Positions 53,165 through 64,000 of a stretch of 64,000 bases of DNA are shown in pieces (position 1 is the first letter of the stretch; every line of letters begins with the position of its first letter). This DNA comes from Octopus sinensis (Eukaryota), in NCBI RefSeq assembly GCF_006345805.1, contig NC_042999.1:12276001-12340000 (forward strand). The letters run 5' to 3'. The translations under genes were made by a program, and so were the position numbers. A model generated the notes under the pieces. It saw only the letters and a list, made by a program, of their open reading frames with translations. It searched no databases and was not told where the DNA came from.

Positions 53165-54552
53165 AATTGGGAAATCTGTAGTCTTTTAAAGTCAATGTCA
53201 CAAAAACCAAAGTCCTAGTAAGTAGGAAGGTGAACACATCACACACCCCTTCAGGTAGATGGCCCTGCTAGATCTGTAGAAAAGGTGTCGGTGGAAACTC
53301 TATAAGATGTACCCAGTGTAATCAAAGGATGATTAACTGGGTAGATAGCTTTTGTGTGTGGCATATGCATAGGGGCAATAAACACCATAAGTGCTCAGAA
53401 AACAGATTCCATCACATGCCAAGGGGAGAAACTAGAAGTAGTTGATAGCTTCCACTACCTAGGTAACCAAGTCTGTAGTGGGGGTGGATGATCTGAGAGT
53501 GTAGCTGTTAGAATAAGAATAGCCTGGGAAAAGTTCAGAAAGTTTCTACCCCTACTGGTGATAAAGGGCATCTCTCTCAGAGTGAAAGGTAGATTGTATG
53601 ATGCATGGGCCGTGGCTGCTGAAGACATGTGTAGGCTCAAAAGAAATGAAGCTAGCATGATCTGTTGGATGTGTAATGTCAGTGTGCACACACGACAGAG
53701 TGTAAGCACCCTGAGAGAAATGTTGGACATAAGAAGCATTGGATATAATGTGCAAGAGAGATGTCTACTTTGGCATGGTCATGTATAACAGATGGAGGAG
53801 GAGAGCTGTGTGAAGAAGTGCCACTCCCAAGCAGTGGAAAGAACCCGTGGTAGAGGGAAACCCAGGAAGACATGGGATAAGATGGTGAAGCATGACCTTT
53901 GAATGTTGGGCCTCACAGAGGCAATGACCGAGACCTCTGGAGATATGCTGTAACTGAGAAAACCTGGCAAATAAGGTGAGATCACAGCTGTAGCCTACGT
54001 CAGTGTCACATAACCAGCCCACTCAAGAGTACCTTGGATTGTAGGGTGACATACCATGCTTGAAGAATCCTATTAAGTCAAGTACATCAAAATCAAAATT
54101 AAATCAAACTACAATCAAATGGAAATTGTAGTTGTGGATGATGCCAGCACTGCCTGTCTGGCTCCCTGTACTGGTGACATGTAAATAGCATCATTCAAAT
54201 GTGATCGATACCAGCCCCATCGCCCTGACTGGTTCCTGTGCCAGTGGCATGTAAAAAGCTCTATCTGAATGTGGCTGATGCTAGTGCCACCTTCACTGGC
54301 TCCCATACCAGTGGCATGTAAAAGCACCATCCAAATATGGTTGATGCTAGCCCCCTCTGGTTCCTGTGCTGGTGGCACATAAAAAGCACCCACTACACTC
54401 TCGGAGTGGTTGGCATTAGGAAGGGCATCCAGCTGTAGAAACCTTGTCAGATCAGATTGGAACCTGGTGCAGCCTCCTGGCTTCCCAGACCCCAGTCAAA
54501 CCGTCCAACCCAAGCCACCATGGAAAACGGACATTAAATGATGATGATGATG
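53165..54552 (+). mobile_element. RTE LINE fragment: RT C-terminal part with PHD-like insert, through 3' UTR
   Basis: KVNVTKTKVL..WPC*ICRKGVGGNSIRCTQC..FVCGIC..GEKLEVVDSFHYLG..GRGKPRKTWD, then the 3' UTR and (GAT)n. Confidence 0.88.
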
Positions 54553-55566
54553 TAACATATACTATTACCCTTGTTTTTTTGGTTTATAATTGGCACTTAC
54601 CTTGGCATATTGAAAACAATGTGCCTGATATGAAAATTGTAGGATTAACTTCATATTATTCCTCAGAAAAATAATATAGTTTCATTAATTCACCAACAAT
54701 TTATCAGGAAAACTTTTTTCTAAATGAAAGTATTTGGCTGTGTTTACGCCAGTGCATGTGTATGATTGTGTATTGGTATGAAAGTTTACGTGTGGTGTGA
54801 AAGTGTGCATGTGTATATGTGTCTTCAAGTGTAATTTCTGTCTGCAAGGAGTAAGTGTGCAGCAACACTGCACTTTGTTCTGCATATATTCCTGTTGGCT
54901 AAACTGCTACAAATAGATCAATGAAAACTGGCTTTATTGACGTCAAAGCTATTGATCTGTATTGCAATATATCAGAAGGCTTGTTATGCCCCACATTTGG
55001 TCTGTATGCCTGGTACCTTATCTTCTTGCTTGCTTTCTTAACCATTAAAGATTAAAATAAACGACAGACATGGAAAGATATGTCATTCACACCAAGCTCT
55101 TGAAGCTATTAATTTATGCTAATATTTTAAATTATAAGCAATATTTCTACAGATCAACGTCAAGCTATGCTTGTTGTTACTTAATCATTTATGAACATGA
55201 TCACAATAAACAGACTGACTAAAGAAAAAAAAAACATTTCTAGGAATTTATGTTATACAACTCATAGTGTGAATATCATTATACATGATTGCTTATCTGG
55301 ACATCTCTTTTTTTGTCTATATTTTTACAAGTGTGTCTGCAGATGTGGCTCTGCAAATACATACTTTGTGTTCATGCATAAATATCATCACATCACCTTT
55401 CTATGTTTGTGCACAAATGCAAACACCCACCCACCCACCCGCACACACGCACACATGCACTACATCACACAAACACATTCATAGCTACAAACACACACAC
55501 AGTTAATAAGTCAGAGGAATGATCATTAATATGCATAATCATTTGAATATAAATATGTTTGTGTAT

Positions 55567-55613
<47 letters not shown>

Positions 55614-55864
55614 TGTGCGTGTGTGTGTGTGTGTGTGTGTGGAGAGAGACAGGGAGACAAACAGACAGACAGACAGACAGACAGCTAGAAAGATAGATAG
55701 ATTCAGAAATACAAATGTGTACATGTATGTATGTTATGTGTGTGAGTCTATGTATGTTATGTGTGTGTGAAAGAAGTGTCACATGCTGAAAATGAATGGA
55801 ACCTCTGGCAGATGGAGATTAAGAATGACTTGGGAGGAAGTGGTAAAGACTCATCTCAAAATGT

Positions 55865-55929
<65 letters not shown>

Positions 55930-56429
55930 CGTGTGTAAAAATCTTGGTCAAAAATACTTGATAGCAGTCATAATATTTAAGGAAAGCTTTTTGAAAAAGT
56001 TACTCTTTTACTTGTTTCAGTCATTTGACTGCGGCCATGCTGGAGCACCACCTTTAAGTTATTAACTATTTACATAAAATATTTTTGAAAAACTAGAACA
56101 CCATGAACCTTTTGTGTGTATTTTATGTAAACTGTTTCATTGTTCAACTTTTCAAATCCACGTGTTTTGAGTTAATCTGTGAAGAGGAAGTTTCTTTTAG
56201 TAATGGTGTTGATTATTTCCAGTTTAGTTTTGGATTTAGAATTCTTATAAAATATTCTACTTTTGCCTTTTGTAGTCAATCATTTTTATCTTTAATTTGA
56301 AAAAAAAAGCAAATATTTTGAGTTTTCCATTTGTATGAATGTCTAGATGTTCACCAAAAGGAATATTGCTTAGAGATGATTCCTTAATCTGCTGTTTGTG
56401 CACTTTCACATGCCTGGGTGGTTTTGTTC

Positions 56430-56625
56430 CATAATCCTAGAAACCACACCATCCTACATTCAGCCAAATAATACCACCCAGTTCTATATCAGTCACTGAA
56501 TCTCCAACAAATGATTAAAACATCACAAATCATCAACAACCGAAGACAACCACCAAATCTCAAAAGACTCCTAACAAAGGCAAAATTCACATCAGACAAA
56601 GAAATAATACAAGAAACTGTTCTGA
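56430..56625 (+). mobile_element. Penelope-like element (PLE) ORF remnant, linker region upstream of GIY-YIG
   Basis: HNPRNHTIL..K*YHPVL..IINNRRQPPNLKRLLTKAKF. The RQP.NLK.LL..AKF motif is characteristic of Penelope/Poseidon-type ORFs. Confidence 0.7.
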
Positions 56626-56839
56626 ACTGAAGTCCAACTGTTGCAGACAATGACCAAGCAATTTGCCTGACATAATTTTGAAACCATTGTGCAAATGGGT
56701 GTCTAGCTTAATCAGAGATGACATGAACTTCCTAAACCATGTTCAAGGAAGAATAGATAAAGAGATTATCCTAATTAGTTTCAACATAATCAGTCTCTGT
56801 TCTATATTTTTGAGATGAGGAATTATGTACATTATTTGC

Positions 56840-57021
56840 AATGGACGGATAGGTGTCCTCACCTTGTTTGTTGTTACCACAACATTTCAGCAGATATACG
56901 CTCCAGCACCTTCATCAGGTGGGTTTGAAATTCCACCGGAACACCTGATGAAGGCTGGAAAGTACATCAGCCAAAACATTGTGGTAACAACAAACAAGGT
57001 GAGGAGACCTATCTGTCCATT
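56840..57021. mobile_element. Fold-back pLTR remnant with two inverted, decayed hammerhead motifs
   Basis: Minus 56877-56922: CCAC CTGATGA..GAAA TG TT GTGG. Plus 56942-56983: CAC CTGATGA A GGCTG..CAGCC AAAA CA TT GTG. The consensus CTGATGA..GAAACGTT differs from each copy mainly by CpG-type transitions. Confidence 0.72.
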
Positions 57022-57026
57022 ATAAA

Positions 57027-57410
57027 TCTTTATATATATAAAACTGAGAATGTGTGTCTGTCTGTGTGTTTCCCTAAAACTTGAGAACTACACAACCAAT
57101 TTCATTCAAATTTTACACATGTCTTACTTAGGGTCCAGGGAGTGTCATCGGCAAAAAGAATTTTAAACTTTTTGCCTAGGACAAGCCCACAGCAATATCA
57201 TATCTTCTCCACTACGATTCCCTAAAACTTGAGAACTACACAACTAATTTCATTCAAATTTTACACATGCCTTACTCAGGGTCCATGTAGTTTCATGGGC
57301 AAAAAAAGTGTTTAACTTCTTGCCTAGGGCGAGCCCACAGTAATATCATATCTTCTCCACTATTTCAGTATTACGTGTTAAAAGTGAAACAAAAACATCT
57401 CTCTATTGTA
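57027..57410 (+). mobile_element. Helitron 5' part (same family as 33201); 3' end not found
   Basis: A|TCTTTATATATATAAAACTGAGAATGTGTG start and the same tandem duplication as at 33244/33392. Confidence 0.78.
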
Positions 57411-57442
57411 TATATATGGATGTATATATATATATATATATA

Positions 57443-57485
<43 letters not shown>

Positions 57486-57735
57486 CAAAATATAAAGTTA
57501 TATCTTGAGATCGTTAGTGACAACAACGCTCAAAATATATAACAGACTGGAATAGTAGTGCTCAAATGAGCTGTATACACTTTTTAATCCGAGGGGAGGC
57601 AATGTGAGCAGCAACTACAAGAACACTACAAAATCCACAGAAAGATCAAACACATACATATATTCATATATTCATTTATATCTACAGAACAGATATAAAG
57701 CCCGACGTTTAGAAATATATAGTAATATATAAATA

Positions 57736-58332
57736 TTTGGAAATATGCTGTGCGTGAGAAGACCAGGCAGGACAAGTGAGTCCAGCCCACTTATGCATGC
57801 CTTTCCTCCCTTGGACACACAAAGACCTGTTGAGGCAAGCGAAGTCGATATCGAACCTCATCCGACGACAGGCACCTATGCCAACCCCCCTTGCTTGCGA
57901 AGACCTGTTGGGGCAAGTGAAATCGATATCGAAATTGAACCAATCCTATGACTAACACCCAGCAGATGCCAGGGCCCTGGGACTGGAGGTACGTAAAAAG
58001 CACTATCCGAATTGTGGCCGATGCCAGCGCCGCCTCGACTGGCTTCCGTGTCGGTGGCACGTAAAAAGCACCATTTGAATCGTAGCCGAAGCCAGTGCCG
58101 CCTCGACTGGCTTCCATAAAATGCACCATCCGAATTGTGGCCGATGCCAGCGCCGCCTCGACTGGCTTCCGTGTCGGTGGCACGTAAAAAGCACCATCCG
58201 AATCGTAGCCGAAGCCAGTGCCGCCTCGACTGGCTTCCATAAAATGCACCAATCCAACCGTGGCCGATGCCGGCCTCGCCTGGCACCAGTGCAGGTGGCA
58301 CGTAAAAAGCACCCACTACACTCACGGAGTGG
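57736..58332 (+). mobile_element. RTE-type 3' UTR copy with a 123-bp higher-order duplication
   Basis: LWKYAVREKTRQDK* then internal repeats. A 68+55-bp dimer is duplicated at 58006 and 58129. Confidence 0.82.
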
Positions 58333-58566
58333 CTTTGCATGAATGGGAGAAATTAAAAGATTAAAAATTTGAGTGCAGAAGTGAATTAGTCCAGATGGAG
58401 TTGTGCGCATACCATTTACTATAGCTGCTAGATTGAATCATATGCTTATAAAGTAGCATTCAGTATCTATGAGAATTTTGGGGAGTACGTAATGTCTGGT
58501 CTTTTGCATGTAGCCGGTATGTAATTGTGCATTTGTTTCCATGTACTATGTGTTGTGTGTAAAAAA

Positions 58567-58648
58567 CATCCTGACGAGGGTAGTGTCAATTTCAAATATA
58601 TGATATGTTTTATATTAATTGGTGCATCTCCGAAACGGCCCGTAGATG
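58567..58648 (+). ncRNA. Type I hammerhead ribozyme motif with all core nucleotides intact
   Basis: CATC / CTGACGA / G10.1..C11.1 long imperfect helix II / GAAA / CGG C CCG / TA / GATG; GUA cleavage triplet at 58642-58644. Confidence 0.75.
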
Positions 58649-58785
58649 AACTTTTATGTATTTTTGTAAATTTGTATATTTATCTTCTACGTATTTTTCT
58701 CTGGAATTTTAATTCATCTTTTTAATATGTCATTGTATGTTTTATTACCCCAAATTTTTAATTTAACAAATTTATACCAAACTAG

Positions 58786-60520
58786 CGTTTAGCGTCCGTT
58801 TTCCATGCTAGCATGGGTTGGACGGTTCTACTGGGGTCTGTGAAGCCAGATGGCTGCACCAGGCTCCAATCTGATCTGGCAGAGTTTCTACAGCTGGATG
58901 CCCTTCCTAACACCAACCACTCCAAGAGTGTAGTGGGTGCTTTTATGTGCCACCGGCATAAAGGCCAGTCAGGCAGTACTGGCAACGGCAACGCTCAAAT
59001 GGTGTTTTTTATGTGCCACCTGCTGAGGAGCCAGTCCAGCGGCACTGGCAACGACCTTGCTCGAATGATTTTTCATGTGCTACTGGCACAAGTGCCAGTA
59101 AGGCAACACTGGTAACGATCACGCTCGAATGGTGCTTTTTATGTGCCACCAGCACAGAAGCCAGTCAGCTGCTCTGGCAACGATCACACTCGGATAGTAC
59201 TCTTAGCGCTCCAATATCATGTGTGCCAGTCATCGAATTTGATTCAATTTGACTTGCCTCAACAGGTTTTTGCAAGCAGAGTTTAGTGTCCAATGAAGGA
59301 AAGGTGGGCTGGTTACACCCCTGGCATAGGCCATGGGTTATTGTATCACTTGGCTTGCTGAGTCTTCCCAAGCACAGCATATTTCCAAAGGTCTTGGTCA
59401 CTAGTCATTGTCTTGGTGAGGCCCAATGTTCGAAGGTCGTGCTTCACCACCTCTTCCCAGGTTTTCCTCGGTCTACTTCTTCCACAGGTTCCCTCAACCG
59501 CTAGGGTGTGACACTGTGCTGGCATGGCCATGTGGTGAGAATGAATGTGGATAGCTGTGTGAAAAAGTGCCACTGTGCTGGCATGGCCATGTGGTGAGAA
59601 TGAATGTGGATAGCTGTGTGAAAAAGTGCCACTGTGCTGGCATGGCCATGTGGTGAGAATGAATGTGGATAGCTGTGTGAAAAAGTGCCACTGTGCTGGC
59701 ATGGCCATGTGGTGAGAATGAATGTGGATAGCTGTGTGAAAAAGTGCCACTGTGCTGGCATGGCCATGTGGTGAGAATGAATGTGGATAGCTGTGTGAAA
59801 AAGTGCCACTGTGCTGGCATGGCCATGTGGTGAGAATGAATGTGGATAGCTGTGTGAAAAAGTGCCACACCCTAGCGGTTGAGGGAACCTGTGGAAGAAG
59901 TAGACCGAGGAAAACCTGGGAAGAGGTGGTGAAGCACGACCTTCGAACATTGGGCCTCACCAAGACAATGACTAGTGACCAAGACCTCTTGCACACCACA
60001 TCTGATGCTTCTTAGGTTCAACTTTTCTCTTAAGTACTTACACTCTGTTAAGTATGCACACTGACATTACACAACCAGCGGAGCATACTGGCTTCATTCC
60101 TTGCGAGCTTACGCATGTCCTCAGCAGTCACAGCTCATGTTTCACTGCTATGTAGCATGGCTGTTCATACACATGCATCATACAGTCTACTTTTTACTCT
60201 GAGCAAGAGGCCCTTTGTCACCAGCAGAGGTAAGAGCTCTCCGAACTTTACCCAGGCTATTCTTATTCTAGCAGCTACACTTTCAGTGCAGCCAACCCTG
60301 CTGCTGACTTTGTCACCTAGGTCTTGGAAGTTATCAACTACTTCTAGTTTTTCTCCCTGGAATGTGGTGGAAGTTGTTCTCTGCACATTTTCAGTGTTAT
60401 TTATTGCTCCTGAGCATCTGCCACATACAAAAACTATTTTCCTAGTTAGCCTTCCTTTGATATTACTGCATCTCTTATGTGTCCATAGCTTACACTGGGT
60501 ACGTCTTATAGAGTTTGTCT
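58786..60520 (-). mobile_element. RTE LINE fragment with an internal inversion, duplication and tandem amplification
   Basis: Minus strand reads NSIRRTQCKLWTHKRC..GEKLEVVDNFQDLGD..RIAWVKFGELL through the 3' UTR. Rearranged block at 59389-59987. Confidence 0.88.
59512..59865 (+). repeat. Six identical tandem copies of a 59-bp RTE-derived unit
   Basis: Unit CACTGTGCTGGCATGGCCATGTGGTGAGAATGAATGTGGATAGCTGTGTGAAAAAGTGC at 59512, 59571, 59630, 59689, 59748 and 59807. Confidence 0.97.
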
Positions 60521-60582
60521 TAATAACTGATGAGATGCCGAGCAGGCTTTAGCCTTGGCATCCGAAACTTTGAGTTTTATTA
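60521..60582 (+). ncRNA. Type I hammerhead ribozyme motif, near intact
   Basis: TAATAA / CTGATGA / GATGCC..GGCATC plus one extra C / GAAA / CT TTG AG / TT / TTATTA. Confidence 0.62.
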
Positions 60583-60710
60583 TGACAACTAAATGATTGT
60601 CTTATATTATATTTATAGATAAATTCCTCTATTTACATAATATCGCAGTCTCATTCATTCTTTTGCTGTCATATTATTATTATTAATTATATATATATGT
60701 GTATATATAT

Positions 60711-61555
60711 CATCATCATCATCATCATCATCATCAACATTTAGCATCCATTTTCCATGCTAGCATGGGTTGGACGGTTCTACTGGGGTCTGTGAAGCCA
60801 GAAGGCTGCATCAGGCCCAGTCTGATCTGGCAGTGTTTCTACGGCTGGATGCCCTTCCTAACGCCAACCACTCCGTGAGTGTAGTGGGTGCTTTTTACGT
60901 GCCACCCGCACAGGTGCCAGACGGAGCTGGCAAACGGTCACGAACGGATGGTGCTTTTACGTGCCACCGGCACAGGGGCCAGGCGAGGCTGGCAACGGCC
61001 ATGAACGGATGGTGCTATGTGCCACTGGCACGGGGGCCAGGCGAGGCTGGCAACGGACACGAACAGATGGTGCTTTTACGTGCCACCGGCATGGAGGCCT
61101 GTCGGGGCAGTGCTGGCAATGGCCACGATCGAATGGTTCGCTTACTTGTCACCGGCACTGGTACCACAGCTGCAGTTTCCATTGATGTTGAATCGACTTC
61201 GATTTTGGTTCTGCTTTCTTATATCTGATTTGATTTGGTTTGATTTTGATTTTGATTTTGATTTTCACTTGCCTCAACGGGTCTTCACAAGTGGAGTTTT
61301 GTGTCCCAAGAAGGAAAGGTATGTAGGCCACAGGTTATGTTCTCACTAGTCTTGCCGGGTCTTCTCACGCACAGCATACTTCCATAGGTCTCGGTCTCTA
61401 GTCATTTCCTTGGTGAAACCTAAAGTTCGAAGGTCGCGCTTCACCACCTCGTCCCAGGTTTTCCTGGGTCTACCTTTTCCACAGGTTTCCTCAACTGCTA
61501 GGGTGTGGCACTTTCGCACACAACTATCTTCAGCCATTCTCGTCACATGACCATA

Positions 61556-61558
<3 letters not shown>
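60711..61558 (-). mobile_element. RTE LINE 3' end copy
   Basis: WYGHVTRMAEDSCVRKC..GRPRKTWDEVV..REKTRQD* then the 3' UTR with repeats and (CAT)n on the plus strand. Confidence 0.88.
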
Positions 61559-61588
<30 letters not shown>

Positions 61589-61590
<2 letters not shown>

Positions 61591-63570
61591 TTCAGTTGAA
61601 TATGGTACTTAAGTTAAAGGCACCAGAATTTAGTATGGTATTATCCATATAATTTAAAATGGGGTGATTATAATCAAAATAAGCAACAAGGATATCCAGA
61701 GGTAATGCAGTACGATCGTTTCATGTGACTCTATTTAATTGAACAATGCAATCGTTACATCAGTTTTAAAATGTAGAGCAATCTTCAGCTGTATAAAAAT
61801 ATAGAATTTAGTTAAATTTAAAAGATTCCTTTTTATAGTTATTCCATTAACCAAAATCACAAAGAGGGTAAGTAGGTAGACAGAGAACAAGTTTCATTAA
61901 CAATATCATAGTAGTAATTGATATTTCTTTCCATGAAAACACTGCTTATCATTGATTTTACTTTGTTCTTTAGATTTACTACTGGGGGATGGGGTTTAAG
62001 ACTAGTTTATCAGGTCTAGTGGCAAACAAGAATCTATCTTTTATGGATAGAGAAAAAGACAGTTTAAGTGGCAGAGCCATAAATCAAGATCCCTTTGAAG
62101 TAGAAACCATTTGGGTCCAGTACTTAACTATTTGACAGCCATAATCCCATGATAATTTGAAATAAATACATACATTTTAGAGAGTTTTTCAAAGAATCAG
62201 AATAATTTTAGTATTTTACACAATATAGGGATGGAGAATATAGAAATAATTTCATATTTATATAAGTTTCTATACCAATTTAATATAAATTTATAGTTAA
62301 TTAGTAAATAGTAATTTATTGGTATTAATGAGTTAAATTGAAGGAATATGTTAAAATTTTCATATATTTTCTACATGCTAATAACTTTAGAATATATTTC
62401 TTGTATTATAAAATAGATAGTGAAATATATCAGTATGGTTCTTCATAGGTTGAGTGTGAACTCAATAGAAATGTATTATCAGTAAAATGGTATAGTGGGT
62501 AAATAAGTAAGAAAAAAATGGTTTAAAATAAAAATAAAGGGATTTAAATAAGTAAATTGAAAAATAAATATAAAGTTATTGTAGAATATTATAGATAAGG
62601 GGTAGAATAGATTTGTGTTCTATAAACTTATTATAGATTATACTTAGCTTATTTATATTAATAGGTGAGGTAAGCTGCTATAAGAAAATCTCTTATAATT
62701 TTATAATTTCTAGATTAAAATTAACAATTGCAGCGTGGAAGGTGTTTATAAGCCATTTAAGAAACACACAAAAACCATTAGATTCACTTCAACTTTTTAA
62801 TTTAATTTGTCAAAATATTTTCGTTGCTTTGAGACTGCGACCTGTTCACTGACAAAACTTCATGCTGCATCATGTTGAAGTGAATCTAACGGTTTTTGTG
62901 TGTTTCTTAAATGGTTTATAAACACCTTCCACGTTGCAATTGTTTTCATTCCAGCACATGATCTCAGATCAAGTCACTCGCTATGCAAGTACATCTCCGC
63001 AGATTAAAATTGATATTTCCTTATCATGGGAATTGTCATGAATGACTAGTGTTTAATATCGAGTAAAGAAATGATCAAGCTATTGGGTAAAAGTTATATT
63101 ATTAATAAGACTTATATAAAAGTTTTGGTTTCTGTTATAGATTTAAGAAAAAGTTATTATCGTTCCTTATATGATAATTTATATTTATTAATTGGTACTT
63201 ATAAAATATTATCTTCTTCGTTATTTAAAATCTATTTAAAAAGCTTTCTAATACATACCAAGATCATGAGGGTAGGGTTGTTTTAGAGAAATAGAAACCA
63301 AATAACCTAGATATTATTATCTATTCTTTATCAGATTTTGAATATTAATTTAGGGGATTTAGAAGAACTTTTTATCAGAATATTCCTAGTAAATAAGGTA
63401 TTAATTGGCACACATATCAAAAACCTTAAAAATATAATGGAAAGGAGACAACCAAGATGTTATCTCCTAAAATTAGGAATATTTAAATTTAGTATTTAAG
63501 AGTGGAGTGTGGTTTCATGAGGTATAATAATTTAGGCTGGTTAGTGGTCATATTTATAATATTAAAATAT
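61589..63570. other. Unresolved AT-rich, G>C-skewed, microsatellite-free block (decayed LINE or old NUMT?)
   Basis: About 2 kb with strong plus-strand A>T and G>C skew and many stops in all frames. No convincing motif found by eye. Confidence 0.3.
62723..63000 (-). mobile_element. Second copy of the G3:C8 hammerhead fold-back element, with 11-bp TSD
   Basis: Homologous to 18932-19273 in reverse orientation. AGATTAAAATT at 62712-62722 and 63001-63011. Ribozyme motif at 62806-62856 (-). Confidence 0.82.
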
Positions 63571-63592
63571 ATATATGTGTGCATATATATGC

Positions 63593-63640
<48 letters not shown>

Positions 63641-64000
63641 GAAAGGTTTGAAAATGCAATTTTAAAAGATGTTTATTTCTTTTACCGGTTTCACTCTTTG
63701 GAAAAAGATTGTCAAAAGTAACATGTAGAAGTTTGGTTGCATTAATTATTGGTTGTTACAAATTACTACATTACATACATATAGTCTTTGGTAACAGGGA
63801 CATGTTACAAAGACACACAAAGACACACACACACTCACACCATTCTGACCTCCATACAGACACACATATACACAAGCAGCACCATGTCAAATGCCATCCA
63901 CACACATACATACACACACACACACACAACACCAAGACAACCACACACGCAGTTGACAAACGGACACACATATACACACACCATCCTAGCAGATCTTACA

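Noticed and set aside
59512-59865. CRISPR-like appearance of six identical units
   Set aside because: There are no spacers, the unit is RTE coding sequence, and the context is eukaryotic with no cas genes.
61589-62250. By-eye matches to mitochondrial CYTB, ND1, ND2, ATP6 and COX2 words
   Set aside because: Motif spacing was inconsistent and different genes matched the same stretch, as expected by chance in AT-rich DNA; no gene call made.

Overview
Repeat-dense, AT-rich animal genomic DNA. The microsatellite, SINE and RTE landscape plus the gene present point to a cephalopod, most likely Octopus; this is an inference, as no database search was run. Only one intact protein-coding gene is supported: an intronless methyl-end (omega-x, delta-12/omega-3 type) fatty acid desaturase at 5185-6444 (+), lying in a CpG-retaining domain of about 3.2-11.3 kb. 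The rest is microsatellites and transposon debris. It includes a D,D34D mariner, many RTE LINE 3' fragments whose RT appears to carry an inserted PHD finger, seven R4/Dong-like RLE retrotransposon fragments mostly abutting (TAA)n, a CRE-like fragment, tRNA-derived SINEs, non-autonomous Helitrons, piggyBac-like ends and a Penelope-like (PLE) ORF remnant. The most striking unannotated signal is a set of minimal type I hammerhead ribozyme motifs from at least five sequence families. All have very short, mostly palindromic helix III, and several occur as inverted pairs in fold-back elements. One family, with three copies, has a swapped G3:C8 catalytic core (GUGAACA) and one insertion bounded by an 11-bp TSD. 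Also notable are a perfect 122-bp inverted repeat enclosing six identical 59-bp units inside an RTE copy, and an unresolved 2-kb strand-skewed block near the right end. Nearly all other ORFs in the supplied track are microsatellite read-through or transposon fragments.
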